Origin: Felis catus
Lineage: Eukaryota
Assembly: GCF_018350175.1 (NCBI RefSeq)
Contig: NC_058368.1
Location: 58,158,001 to 58,222,000 of the forward strand
Reading direction: 5' to 3'
DNA: 64,000 bases
A program made the translations under genes and the position numbers. The notes under the pieces were generated by a model. It was not told the DNA's origin, searched no databases, and saw nothing but the letters and a program-made list of their open reading frames with translations. This document shows, in pieces, positions 52,515-63,932 of this stretch. Each line of letters starts with the position of its first letter. Position 1 is the first letter of the stretch.

Positions 52515-52724
52515 AGAAAACAGCATAGCGGTTCCTCAAAACATTAAAGACAAATACCATATGATCCAATAATTTCACAACTGAGTATTTACACAAATAA
52601 AATGAAAACACTAACTTGAAAAATATATGTATCCCTATGTTTGTTTATTGCAGCATTATTTACAATAGCCAAGATATGAAAGCAACCTAAGAGTCCATCA
52701 AGAGATGAATGGATAAGGAAAGTG

Positions 52725-52778
<54 letters not shown>

Positions 52779-53112
52779 AATATTATACAGCCATACAAAG
52801 GATGAGATCTTGCCATTTGCAACAACATGGATGGTCCTAGAAGGTATTATTTATGTGGGGAGAGGCACAAAATAGGTGGAGGGGAGTGGGAGATGTAGGC
52901 TTACAGTTATGGTGTGAATAAATCATGGGAATAAAAAGCACAGAATAGGAAATATAGTCAATGATTTTGTAATTATGTTGTATGGTGATTGATTATATCT
53001 ATACTTGTGGTGAGAATAGCATAATATATAGAGACATTGGATCACTATATCATATACCTGATACTAATGTAAAATTATGTGTCACCTATACTCAAATTAA
53101 AAAATAAATTAA
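52515..53112 (+). mobile_element. Carnivore L1 3' end with internal (CA)n and a deletion
   Basis: GGTTCCTCAAAA..TACCATATGATCCA..TTTATTGCAGCATTATTTACAATAGCCAAGATATG..GATGAGATCTTGCCATTTGCAACAACATGGATGG..CTATACTCAAATTAAAAA. Confidence 0.92.
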
Positions 53113-53340
53113 GGGGCGCCTGGGTGGCTCAGTCGGTTAAGCGTCCGACTTGAGCTCAGGTCATGATCTCGCGGTCGGTGAGTTCGAGCCCCGCGTCAGG
53201 CTCTGGGCTGATGGCTCAGAGCCTGGAGCCTGCTTAGGATTCTGTGTCTCCCTCTCTCTCTGCCCCTCCCCTGTTCATGCTCTGTCTCTTTCTGTCCCAA
53301 AAATAAATAAAAGTTAAAAAAATTAAAAAAAAATAAAATA
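53113..53340 (+). mobile_element. Young Can-SINE inserted in the L1 A-rich tail
   Basis: GGGGCGCCTGGGTGGCTCAGTCGGTTAAGCGTCCGACTT.., CpG-rich. Confidence 0.98.
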
Positions 53341-53582
53341 AAGACGAATAACACTCCTTAAGTCCTACTAGCAAGTGTCACATGTTTCTGGTAAAAAATA
53401 GACATCAACAGTTGTTCCAAAATCATCAGGATTGTAAATTCCACAACAACAGCTACCAAATCTACCAAACCTAATTGAATGGGGCAACATCTTCATTTAA
53501 CCATTTATGCATGCTACTGAAGTTGCCTGTCCATCAATAAATAACTTCTTTTTTTTTTTTTTTAAGAATATGGTTATCTATC

Positions 53583-53791
53583 GGGGCGCCTGGGTGGCGC
53601 AGTCGGTGGAGCGTCCGACTTCAGCCAGGTCACGATCTCCTGGTCTGTGGGTTCGAGCTCCGCGTCGGGCTCTGGGCTGATGGCTCAGAGCCTGGAGCCT
53701 GTTTCCAATTCTGTGTCTCCCTCTCTTTCTGCCCCTCGCCCGTTCATGCTCTGTCTCTCTCTGTCCCAAAAAAAAAAAAAAAAAAAAAAAA
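53583..53791 (+). mobile_element. Young Can-SINE with pure poly(A) tail
   Basis: Perfect 16-bp TSD AAGAATATGGTTATCT (53564-53579/53792-53807). Uninterrupted A run 53768-53793. Confidence 0.98.
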
Positions 53792-54009
53792 AAGAATATG
53801 GTTATCTGTGAAGGATTAGTTATTAATTACTTTCCCATTAGTAACTTAATTTAGCCATTTCTTGGGCTTCCCCTTTTTAGTGAATGTTCACAAAATACAT
53901 TGATAGGTTTCCCAGTTGGCCATACTTAGTATCTAAATGTTTATCCTTCCTAAATTATACTCTTAATCCCAGAGTAAACCAACTAATATTCTTATTATTG
54001 TGATTCTAA

Positions 54010-54651
54010 ATTCTGGTTCAGACATCTTGCTTATATCTGTGTTGGTTAAGTCCCTGGCTGTCCTTTCTTCCTGTTCTTTCTTTTGGGGTGAATTCCTTCA
54101 TTTTTTTCATTTTGAAGAAAGAAAAGGAATTAATAAGGTAAAAAATTTAAATTTAAAAAATTAAAAACAACACAAAAAATCAAATAAAGGATGCTAGATC
54201 CTAGGGGTTTTCTGGTCTGGTTGTTGAAAGGAGCTTGATAGAGTAGAGAAAAAAAGGAAAAATAAGAAAAGAAAAAACGAAAGAAAATGTTTGAAAATTT
54301 GAAAAAATGAATATAATGAAATAGAATATAATGAAATTATGGGAGTAAAAAATATAATTTGAAAAATTTACAAAAAAGTAAAAAATATAGAATCTCCATC
54401 CAATCTCCGTCCTCTCTCTGCAAGCAAAAACAGCTCCCTGCCCTCCGTGGCTTTCTCCCCCAGTTCACCTCTCAGCACCACATAACTGCTAAGTTCTCTG
54501 GTTCAGGTTATACAGATTGTTGTGTTAATCCTCAAATCAGTTTTCTAGGTGTGCAGGATGATTTAGCATTGATCTAGCTGTATTTCAGGGACTAGAGATG
54601 CAAAAAAAAAAAAAACAAAAAAACTTCCACGCTCCTTGCCATCTTGGCCCC
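54010..54651 (-). mobile_element. Carnivore L1 5' end (5'UTR to start of ORF1), internally deleted, 3' part absent
   Basis: Minus strand begins GGGGCCAAGATGGC (L1 5' terminus with YY1 core). The long T-rich (minus-strand) UTR tract and GACATCTTGCTTATATCTGTGTTG resemble carnivore L1 5' regions. Confidence 0.75.
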
Positions 54652-56197
54652 TAAATTCTAAATTGTTATAATTCTAATGCAAATTTCATTTTGTGTGTGT
54701 ATGCGTGTGTGTTCTGTGTTCTGGAGGACTCAATAAAATTACAGTATAGCAAAAAAACAAAAACAAAAACAAAAACAAGGGGAAATATTTTTAAATAAAA
54801 GTAAGAAAGAATTAACATTACTAAAGGTTATTTCAGGTTACAAAACTATAGTAGTTACAACACTTTGTACTCATAATGGACGTGGTCTTCTGTTTAAATG
54901 CTACTGTATCTAGGAGTATTACATTGATGATCTTGTATAAAAGGGAAATCTCTCCTACTCTCTACCTTACTTTGTTTTATTTTACCTCACGATTTTAATT
55001 GCTGATTGTTGTTACATATCTTGTGTAGGTGTTTTATTCTCAGTATCTTTTGAAGAGAATATACACTTTATGATAACAGAATTTTTTTTTCACTCTTCCA
55101 TCATGTGGGTCTGCAAGAACACCTGGCCTGATAAATATGTGATGGTGGAATGTCTTATACATATGGTAAATAAATAAATAAATAAATAAAGGAATCCTGG
55201 AATAATAGGGAAGCAGAGATTATTTACACAGTAGTAATGATATGGTTTTTCAAAGGTATGAATAAATTCTTGCAAAACGGTTTTGGAAAATAAAGTCCAA
55301 TTTAAGTATGTGATACAATGAAAATGACAACAAAGCAATCAAATTGTTTCATAGTTTACCTATGCAAATTGGAGAAATTTCAAAACCTAAAATAAATAAA
55401 ATGAAATAAATTATTAATGAAAAGCCCATAAAATACAATTCATTGTCATTTATAATTCTTTAATCTAAAGGATAAATTTATTTGGATTACGTTTCCATCC
55501 TAATAGATGCTGAATATTGGATATCCGAATAATATGTGTTTATCTATCTAGAATTATACCTGCCAATATAGTCTTCTTTTAGTAATAATCAAATGATAAT
55601 AATAACACCAATAGTAATGATAATAGTTTTCTTTTAAATAGGGTTATTTATAAAGTATTTAACAACACTGGGATTTTCATTTTGCTGTCAAGAAACTGAT
55701 AATCAAAAAAGTTACTTGGTAACTTAGGACTCCATGGTTACTTGGAAGCAAATACGGACTGGTAATCCACTGGTCACAATGAAGAAGTAATCTTTTGAAG
55801 AACTAGAACATTTATCATATGTACTATTAACGGATATTACATCATCCCACACAGTCATCACCACATTTGGAAACATGCTCTTTTATTACTTATGTCCAAT
55901 TAAGTGAATACAAATTAAGCACAGCCTATGAGTAATTGAAAAGATTCAAGTCCTTGAGAGAGTAAACACACACATGCAGGCACATACATTGTTAGTTTCT
56001 CTTATTCTTTTTAGTCATGTTCTGTCCAGATCTTTGCCTGGATCTTCAGCCTGGTAGTTTTTTCCTGAAGTCAGGTAATCCCTTGAGGAAAAAAGCCACT
56101 GCAGAATGTCAACTCATCCTCTGTAGTGCTACTTTCTCCAGAATTTTATCCCATTAAATTCAGGTTGCTTCAGTGGTTCTCTGATGACATATAACAG

Positions 56198-56326
56198 TAT
56201 ATATATATATATACGTATATATATATATATGTATATATACATATACATGTATATATATATGTATATATATACATATATATATACATATATATATATATAC
56301 TGTGTGTATATATATATACACACACA
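56198..56326. repeat. (TA)n-rich microsatellite
   Basis: Direct reading; interrupted by TG/CA units. Confidence 0.95.
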
Positions 56327-56780
56327 AATTTAACAATATTTAATAAAGTGGGTAAACTTGAAATTCCATTGTGAAAGTCTCATTGATTGCAGGGGAATTA
56401 CAGTGATGGACTTTGTCTTCATAAGGCAATGTAGTGAGGAGTTTAAGGTTTAAATATATTGAGGTTGGTGAAGTTAAAGGCAAATATAAACATTACCAAT
56501 CAATTTGGTACATTGAAACTCAAAGTTTTCTAAGCTCTTCAAGCGTTTTCTTTTAAAAGGCACATTTATAAAACTGAGAGCATCCTGTCTTTGTATGCTG
56601 CTGAATATGTGTTTCAACTTATTTTTAGCAAAGACAACATGGCCATACAGTTTCTATAAATGAACAATTTAATATCAATTATACAAAATGTTGTGAAATA
56701 AATACTTTTCAAAAATTATTTATGGCATCTCTATCTAAATTTGAAGGCACTTCACATATCTTTTGCATGACCATACTAAT

Positions 56781-57745
56781 ACATCAACAGTATTAGAAAC
56801 TAAATTACTTAATGGAAATCATAGTAAAGTTCCTATTTAATACCAACAATAAGAATTATGGGTTGCTTTGGTATGCATTTGAAAGTAAACTAAAGTTAAA
56901 AAATAGTATTTTCAGAAAAAAATGTCCTATTGTTTTGAAAGTCCAAGACATCTTCTGGTTGTCTATTTATGTCTTGTTGAAATGACTTTTATGTTATGAA
57001 GAAAATACATTTGTGTTACCAACTATATTAATTAAAATTAAGAAACTATTGAAACATTATTCTTCATCCTTCCTTCTCTTTAATGACAAAAGGGACTAGA
57101 ACATTAATTTTTTTTTTCAACGTTTATTTATTTTTGGGACAGAGAGAGGCAGAGCATGAACGGGGGAGGGGCAGAGAGAGAGAGGGAGACACAGAATCGG
57201 AAACAGGCTCCAGGCTCCGAGCCATCAGCCCAGAGCCTGACGCGGGGCTCGAACTCACGGACCGCGAGATCGTGACCTGGCTGAAGTCGGACACTTAACC
57301 GACTGCGCCACCCAGGCGCCCCAGAACTTTTGAAATATATACATTAACTAGTAGGTATGAGACCCTAAAAGGTACACATGGAAGAAGATGTAGCAAAAAC
57401 AAAACAAAACCCCAGACATCACCTTGATGTGCTCAACCTCAAATTTCTGGGTTGTTTTAAATACTTGAACAATCCTAAAATGTATAGAGAACAACTGAGG
57501 TCCTCATTTTCCAGATCTGTGACATCAACAGTATTAGAAACTAAGTTACTTAATGGAAACCATGGTAAAGTTCCTATTTAAAGCAACAAAAATTTATGGG
57601 TTGCTTCGCTATGCATTTGAAAGTAAACTAAAATTAAAAAATAACATCTTCAGAAAAAAATGTCCTATTGTTTTGAAATTCCAAGACATTTTCTGGTTGT
57701 CTAAATATGTCTTGTTGAAATGATTTTTATGTTATGAAGAAAATA
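56781..57745 (+). repeat. About 225-bp interspersed direct duplication (56781-57007 and 57522-57745)
   Basis: Both copies run ACATCAACAGTATTAGAAACTAA..TTTTATGTTATGAAGAAAATA, roughly 90% identical by eye. Confidence 0.95.
57108..57322 (-). mobile_element. Young Can-SINE (SINEC_Fc)
   Basis: Close to consensus, CpG-rich, nearly identical to the copy at 22644-22860. Confidence 0.98.
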
Positions 57746-58471
57746 TATAGACAGTGACTTACAGGGGAACAGTTCAAAATCCACACTTTACTGGGAAAAG
57801 TATGAGTACTTTAATCTGATACCAAAAGAGATGTCTTTATGCCAAGGCTACTTAAAGAAGTCAAGTGGATATGCTTAGCACATTTCAAAAAGTATTTCAT
57901 AGAATAAAGTTTATTTTTTTACTGTGATCTGATTTGAATCAAAGTAAATGCATTTATATTTTGAGGCATGAAGTCCAATCTTTCATCGTTAAGGATGTTT
58001 CATTCCCTGTATTCTTTCAGCTACTGTTTATAAAATTTCTAAACTCATTAAAACATCATTTAGCAGGAAGCACATGAATAAGAACATGCAAAAGGAAGTT
58101 TAATACTTATTATTATTTTCCATTTATGTTGATTTTGTGTCACCTTAAAATATTATATGAAATTTCTTAATTATGAGGAAATTAAAAATATAATCTAGCA
58201 TATATTTCAAATATTAAGACAATAGAAAACCATTTCATTATAAAGAGCATAAAGTTCTTGTTCATTATTACCTGGGGTAATTAGGTATTCATATATATTT
58301 CCAGGAAAGCTGTATGTTAAATATCAATTCTTACTAGAAAAAAAGCAAAGATTCATAATAGTGTGAAAATTAGGGAAGTTAATTTAAGAATAAATTTCAT
58401 AAAGATAAGACTACATTCAATTATTATAAGTTAGATCTGTTCAAAATATTTCCTTAAATGTAGATAAATAC

Positions 58472-58497
58472 TATATACACACAACTTTAGAAAAAAA

Positions 58498-58535
<38 letters not shown>

Positions 58536-58589
58536 AGATATATATATGGATATATATATGGATATATATATATGGTTTTTGTCTAAAGT

Positions 58590-58633
<44 letters not shown>
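58472..58633. repeat. (TA)n array with inverted duplication of its flank
   Basis: 58479-58500 and 58573-58594 are reverse complements at 21 of 22 positions, around a TA-rich centre. Confidence 0.92.
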
Positions 58634-58636
<3 letters not shown>

Positions 58637-58638
<2 letters not shown>

Positions 58639-58688
58639 GCCTTCCAACGGTCCTTTGCAGTCTGTGCAGGTCTTCGGCCGCAAGAAGA
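58637..58688 (+). pseudogene. RPS16: 52-bp fragment of the 40S ribosomal protein S16 5' CDS
   Basis: Translates [17 protein letters not shown] against the mammalian RPS16 N-terminus [17 protein letters not shown] (16/17). A GC-rich island between TA runs. Confidence 0.93.
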
Positions 58689-59208
58689 ACATATATATAT
58701 ATGTTGTGCTTTAGTGTGTAATTCACTAGTCTAGACATTAAAATGTAGCAGAGAAAGATGCAGAGAAAGAACAGACATCTTTGAGGAACAATAGTAAATA
58801 GCAAATAATCCATTTACTTCTGATTTCACTTTTGCATATATTGTATAGTAATCTTAATAAATGTTCATAAAAATGTAATGGGCTAGCTGATTTTTGTACC
58901 CATGAAACTATATAACATATGTAATGATGTATCTTCATGGTAAATTATGTTTTTCATATCTGTAAGCTGTTATGTATCATAAGTCAAGATAGGTCACTCA
59001 TTAAGATACGCTGTGAATCAATTTGTTTTTTGTTTTTTGTTTTTTGTTTGGTATTTAGGGTCAATGGGCTCATTTTAAGTTTAGGAAGGTTACATGACAG
59101 TGTCTTCTAGGATGAACAATAGTAGTCAATCCAAAATTTAAAAAGTGGATATACAAATTCTGTATCAATAATGTTTAGGGATTAAAGATTAAGAAAATAA
59201 AATAAATT

Positions 59209-59214
59209 CACACA

Positions 59215-59265
<51 letters not shown>
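59209..59265. repeat. (CA)n microsatellite
   Basis: Direct reading. Confidence 0.97.
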
Positions 59266-59269
<4 letters not shown>

Positions 59270-60581
59270 TTACCTGAGACCAAAACAACCCTCAGACCGT
59301 TTCATAGATATAAGAAATCACTGAGAAGCGAAATTTTAAAAGAGCTATTTTTTCTGATGTCTTCAGTACTAAATAGTTGTAAACAATGATAAAATATGTT
59401 AAAAATTATATTTGAAATGCTAACTTCTAATTGAATTAAGAAGTAGAGATATTTCAAAGATTAAAGAGGTATAGTGTATTATGGGATAAAATGAGAACAC
59501 ATTTTCATATAGACATCCAATAAGTGGTTATCACTGGTATCATTTTCTGAGTTAAGTTTTTATAAGTGAGTTTTTAAAATTATGAATCATTAAGTAAATA
59601 TTTGGTATGTGTAGACACTACATAAAATGATGTTTAATTTTTAAAACTAAATTTCAAAGAAAATTATTTTCCATGCAATAATTTTTTGCCATGTAATACT
59701 TTTACCCATAGCTCTATAATCTGGCACTCTTCATAATTGACAGGAAATGATGAGGGATGCTTTAAAAATTATGAAAGCATTAGTGATTTTTAAAGTCCTC
59801 TATTGAATCTGATGTGCAATCAAGATTGCAAAATAGTGTCCCCAACGCTGTGAAACATTGGGAACATTCAGGTATTCATAATGCTATTATTCTGAGCAAA
59901 ATACCCTTATAGAAAAAAAACCTAGCATACTTTTTCTCTATTCAAGAGGCATTCTCCCTCTACCTTAGAAAAAGGCGTAAGCCTTCATCATCCGGATGAA
60001 ACTATCACTGATCCAATCTCGTTTTATATTTCATATCTTCTACCTTTGATATAATCATAACAGAGAAATAGTTTAGCAATTCTTTTAAAATTATCTATTA
60101 TCTATGCCAATGTCCACTAGTATAAACAAATGATCTTAGTATGTAGTCTCAGATTAACCTTACTGTATTTTTCTTATGTATTGTTAAAATCAATATATAT
60201 TATTATTCAATGGGAAAAAATGGAGATATTTCCTTTGAAAATTATTAAAATAAGGACAGCAGACAGCTCTTTGACTGTGTATTTGTTTTAAATGAAACTC
60301 TTCATGTAGACTCAAATAACTCTAGATAATTTGAATAACTTTAATAAAGTTTTTTTCACTTGCAGAGTACTCTTAAAATTTCTATTAGATTTATTTAACA
60401 TATATTTATTCAGGGATTTAAATGGTTTTTCTGTCCAAATATTTTCTCTCCAGCTATATGTATGTTATTTTTTTTTCCTTGAAGATAGGAGGTTTCGTTA
60501 AAAATTGAGAAAAAAAACCTTTTTCCCCCCCCACGAGCAAATTTTACTAACCTGTTAATAGGTTGTATTCATTGTATAGGG

Positions 60582-60629
60582 GTGTGTGTGTGTGTGTGCG
60601 TGTGTGTGTGTATGTGTGTTTGCGTGTGT
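60582..60629. repeat. (GT)n microsatellite
   Basis: Direct reading. Confidence 0.95.
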
Positions 60630-61983
60630 TAGGACATTCTAAAGATTTGTTTTTTGGAGCATAAATATAACCATTTAGAGAAGAAACTCATGGACTATGA
60701 TAGATAGTAGAGATCGATAAAGCTGTACACGTAGATGTAGATGTAGCCATAGATGTCTGTATAGGTATTTAAAGTGGGAGGCACCAAAAAAGAGGAAAAG
60801 CCTCTAGGTGATTTTATTCTATAAATATTTTTGTTGCTTAGTTTCTTCATTCTTTAAAACCTAGCTTTTTTGCATGCGTAAGGGAAATATTCCACTATTA
60901 CAACTCCGGGGTAAGAAATAATTTCCCTTAACAATCTTTGGCATTAAAAATGTATATGTAGAATATTATATAGAAAAAAATGTTCTCAAAACATTCAACT
61001 CAAAAAAATAACCATTAAGCCTAACATAAGACTTACAGTCTAAGCTACAAAATGCTGCCAAATATAAGGATTACATAGTAGCACACTTTTATTTATTTAT
61101 TTATTTTTTGCCATTGGGCATGACTTTAAATGGAATTAACATGCACCACCCCATATATTTAGTAACAGTTGTTTTAAACATATACAAGAGACTTTTAAAT
61201 TAATTTGAAATATATCAAAGGAGGATAATTATCTCTACCACCCCAAAACATAATAAGAAAATACTAATTTTTTTCCTACATCTTCCAACTTCATATAAAA
61301 TATGCTTCTCTGGAATGCGGGCAGTGATTGGTGAGCTGTTCTCACTTGGTAGAAGATTCAAATACCTTCTTTTACTTCAAGGAGGAAAAAATAAAGTTAA
61401 TAGAATAGGAAGCTTGACACTGAAACTGAGAGACAGGGATCTCTAAAGTTGAGAAATTTGGGTGACATAATGTCTCTATGCATTAACTTCATAATAATCC
61501 AGCCAACATAATGGTAGTTATAGCAGAATGTATGTTTCCACAAAGGAAAAAGGTATGCTAGAAAATGAAACTTCTAAGAGGAATAATTTTATTTTCTATT
61601 TTAAATTATGAAGATAGATCATCAAACTAGTTCTAGGTATACATTTAAACTACTATGAACTGCATTAATTAAAAATGATATTCTAATATAACCCATAATC
61701 TCAAGTGAATTTAATCCATCACAAAACTCTTTTCATATCCACACACAAACACATAAAGGTACATATACACAAACACACATCTCTGCTAAAATCCAATCCA
61801 TCAGGTGACTATTCATATCTACATAGGAACATACACATAAGCACAAATAGAAACAAAATTCTAAGGAATATGGAATATTATTGGGAGATGGAAAAATCTC
61901 ATATTTGGGAGTACAAACAATAATTTATTTATTAGCAAATAATGTGTGAATACTAGTTTCTAAAGTGTTTAAAAATATTATTT

Positions 61984-62013
61984 GAACCCGCCTTGGCAGC
62001 ACATATACTAAAA
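61984..62013 (+). pseudogene. U6 snRNA 5' fragment (3'-truncated retrocopy)
   Basis: GGCAGCACATATACTAAAA (61995-62013) is identical to U6 nt 12-30. The upstream GAACCCGCCTT resembles U6 GTGCTCGCTTC. Confidence 0.75.
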
Positions 62014-62421
62014 ATATTTGGAAGTATGCCATCATATTCTAAGTTTAAGGTGCTAAAAATTAATATAAGATTAAATAATGATCTAATTTAGTAAAATATA
62101 CCTTATAATCATTGACTTAAAAAAAAGTATAGAGTTAATTCTTTTTTCAAAAAACGTACTTATGCCTGTAAAACACAACTTTAGAAAGTAATAAATTAAT
62201 ATTACATCTATCTGGATAAATTTGTTTGGTGACTTTAATCTTAAGTTTGCTCATCAGAAGTTTGTATTACATAGAAAATACTATGTTACATTTTTTTGAG
62301 GGAAAATCATGCCGGCTTTTATATTAATTAATCAAATATGACTCAAATTATGAAAAATCTAAATATTGCTATAATTATTATTTAGGTGCAGTATTTGACA
62401 AACCTTTTCTTTTCCTTACAG

Positions 62422-62466
62422 CCTAAAGCACTGTTCAGATGACATCATAACTGTGTCTAACAAAGG
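62422..62466 (+). other. Probable 45-nt internal exon of an unidentified gene
   Basis: Branch-like TTGAC, polypyrimidine tract CCTTTTCTTTTCCTTACAG, donor AGG|GTAAGT. Only one open frame: x-LKHCSDDIITVSNK-G (phase 2/2). Confidence 0.65.
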
Positions 62467-63062
62467 GTAAGTTTATTATTATGAACATATTTATGTTAAT
62501 ACATACGCATGTTTGTTAGTGTGATATTTTTTCCTTTGTCAGCTATTACAGGAATGTTAATAGAACATGTGTGTGCACCACTAATAAGTATACAGATTTC
62601 TATACAAAATGCCAGCTTCAAGCACTTTTAGTTTTCTGTTAATTTTAGAATTGTCTGCAATATTAAGTTGAAATGCATTTAGTAAATCAGTTATCACTAT
62701 ATTGTCAATTTCATATCCTTTCAATTTCATCATTTGCTTAGAATAAATGACTCTTTATCTAAGAACCATAAGAAACAGATTTCTCTCTTAAATAGTATGA
62801 CAATACTAATTTTTATATTATTTTATTTATCTAAATTTAGTTATTAATATTATAAAGTATCAGTATATGTTATAAATACCATCTACCTACACTTTTTAGG
62901 TTAACTCAATTTTATCTATAAATGGGATGGGGAAATGTATTGTTGCAATCACTCTTCTTGTAACCACCATATTTGATTCAAGGAAAAAAACGTAACCCTC
63001 TTTCTTTCAGGAAAAAAAAAAGACCTATGAAGTAGTGCTTTTCTGCTTAACTATTGTCTTTA

Positions 63063-63250
63063 CCATGGTTTATCAACTTCAGCATTATTGACATTTGTTG
63101 TGAGGGTTGTTCTGTTCATTGATGGACTGGCAGTATCCCTGGCCTCTATCCACTAGATAAAGTCAAACCCCCAGTCATGATAATCAGAAATGTTTTCAGA
63201 CATTTTGTCTACTCCCTGGGGGGCACATTCACCCCTTTAGCTTGGTAACC
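63063..63250. mobile_element. MER20-like hAT-Charlie relic
   Basis: TGGTTTATCAACTTCAGCATTATTGACATTTG..GCAGTATCCCTGGCCTCTATCCACTAGAT..AAATGTTTTCAGACATT..CCCTGGGGGGCA. Confidence 0.85.
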
Positions 63251-63588
63251 TCCTTATTGTTTTAAAGTGAAGAAAAGAATCAGACAACTGTTCCCAGGCT
63301 ATACTCCACCTTTAGTTATTTGTTAAAATGACACTATTTTATTTTACATTTGTGCAGAATCTGGAAATATATGGCAGTTGGATAATTGCATTACAGTATG
63401 CAATTATGCATACTAAAGTCTGTTGTTTTGAGTCTTCTACACTTTCATGTTATATCAGTTACACACAGATTTTTTTTTCCCCTGAATTGTGACTAAATTT
63501 TGGTTAATTTTGCTTGGTAACTCACAGTAGTTGATGCTCCCAAATGCATGAGGCATTTTCTTGGTTAAAGTGTCAAATCCCTTTGGAG

Positions 63589-63775
63589 TTTTTAAGTCTA
63601 TTTTGAGAGAGAGTGAGCATGTGCAAGTGGTGGAGAGGGGCAGAAGGAGGGAGAGAAAGAATCCTAGGCAGACTTAATGCTCAGAGGGGAGCCCAAAGCG
63701 GGGTTGAAATGGAATCATGACCTGAGTGGAAATTAGGAGTCAGATGCTCAACCAACTTAGCCACCCTGGAGTCCC
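63589..63775 (-). mobile_element. Can-SINE (older)
   Basis: Reverse SINE: GAGAGAGAGTGAGCATG..ATCATGACCTGAG..GAGTCAGATGCTCAACC..GCCACCCTGGAGTCCC. Confidence 0.88.
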
Positions 63776-63932
63776 AAGATGTTATTAAGCATTATCATAA
63801 TGCATTATTCTTAAATTCTTTTTAAAAGTTATTAAGCAGATTTAAATGGTGACCATGATTATTATAATTCAATTGAGAGTAAGGATGCCTGGTAAATATA
63901 TCACCTATACTTTTAAGAATCCTGTTCATCCG

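Noticed and set aside
62173..62187. 15-mer ACACAACTTTAGAAA identical to 58479-58493
   Set aside because: A 15-bp AT-rich match is expected by chance in 64 kb, and it does not extend.
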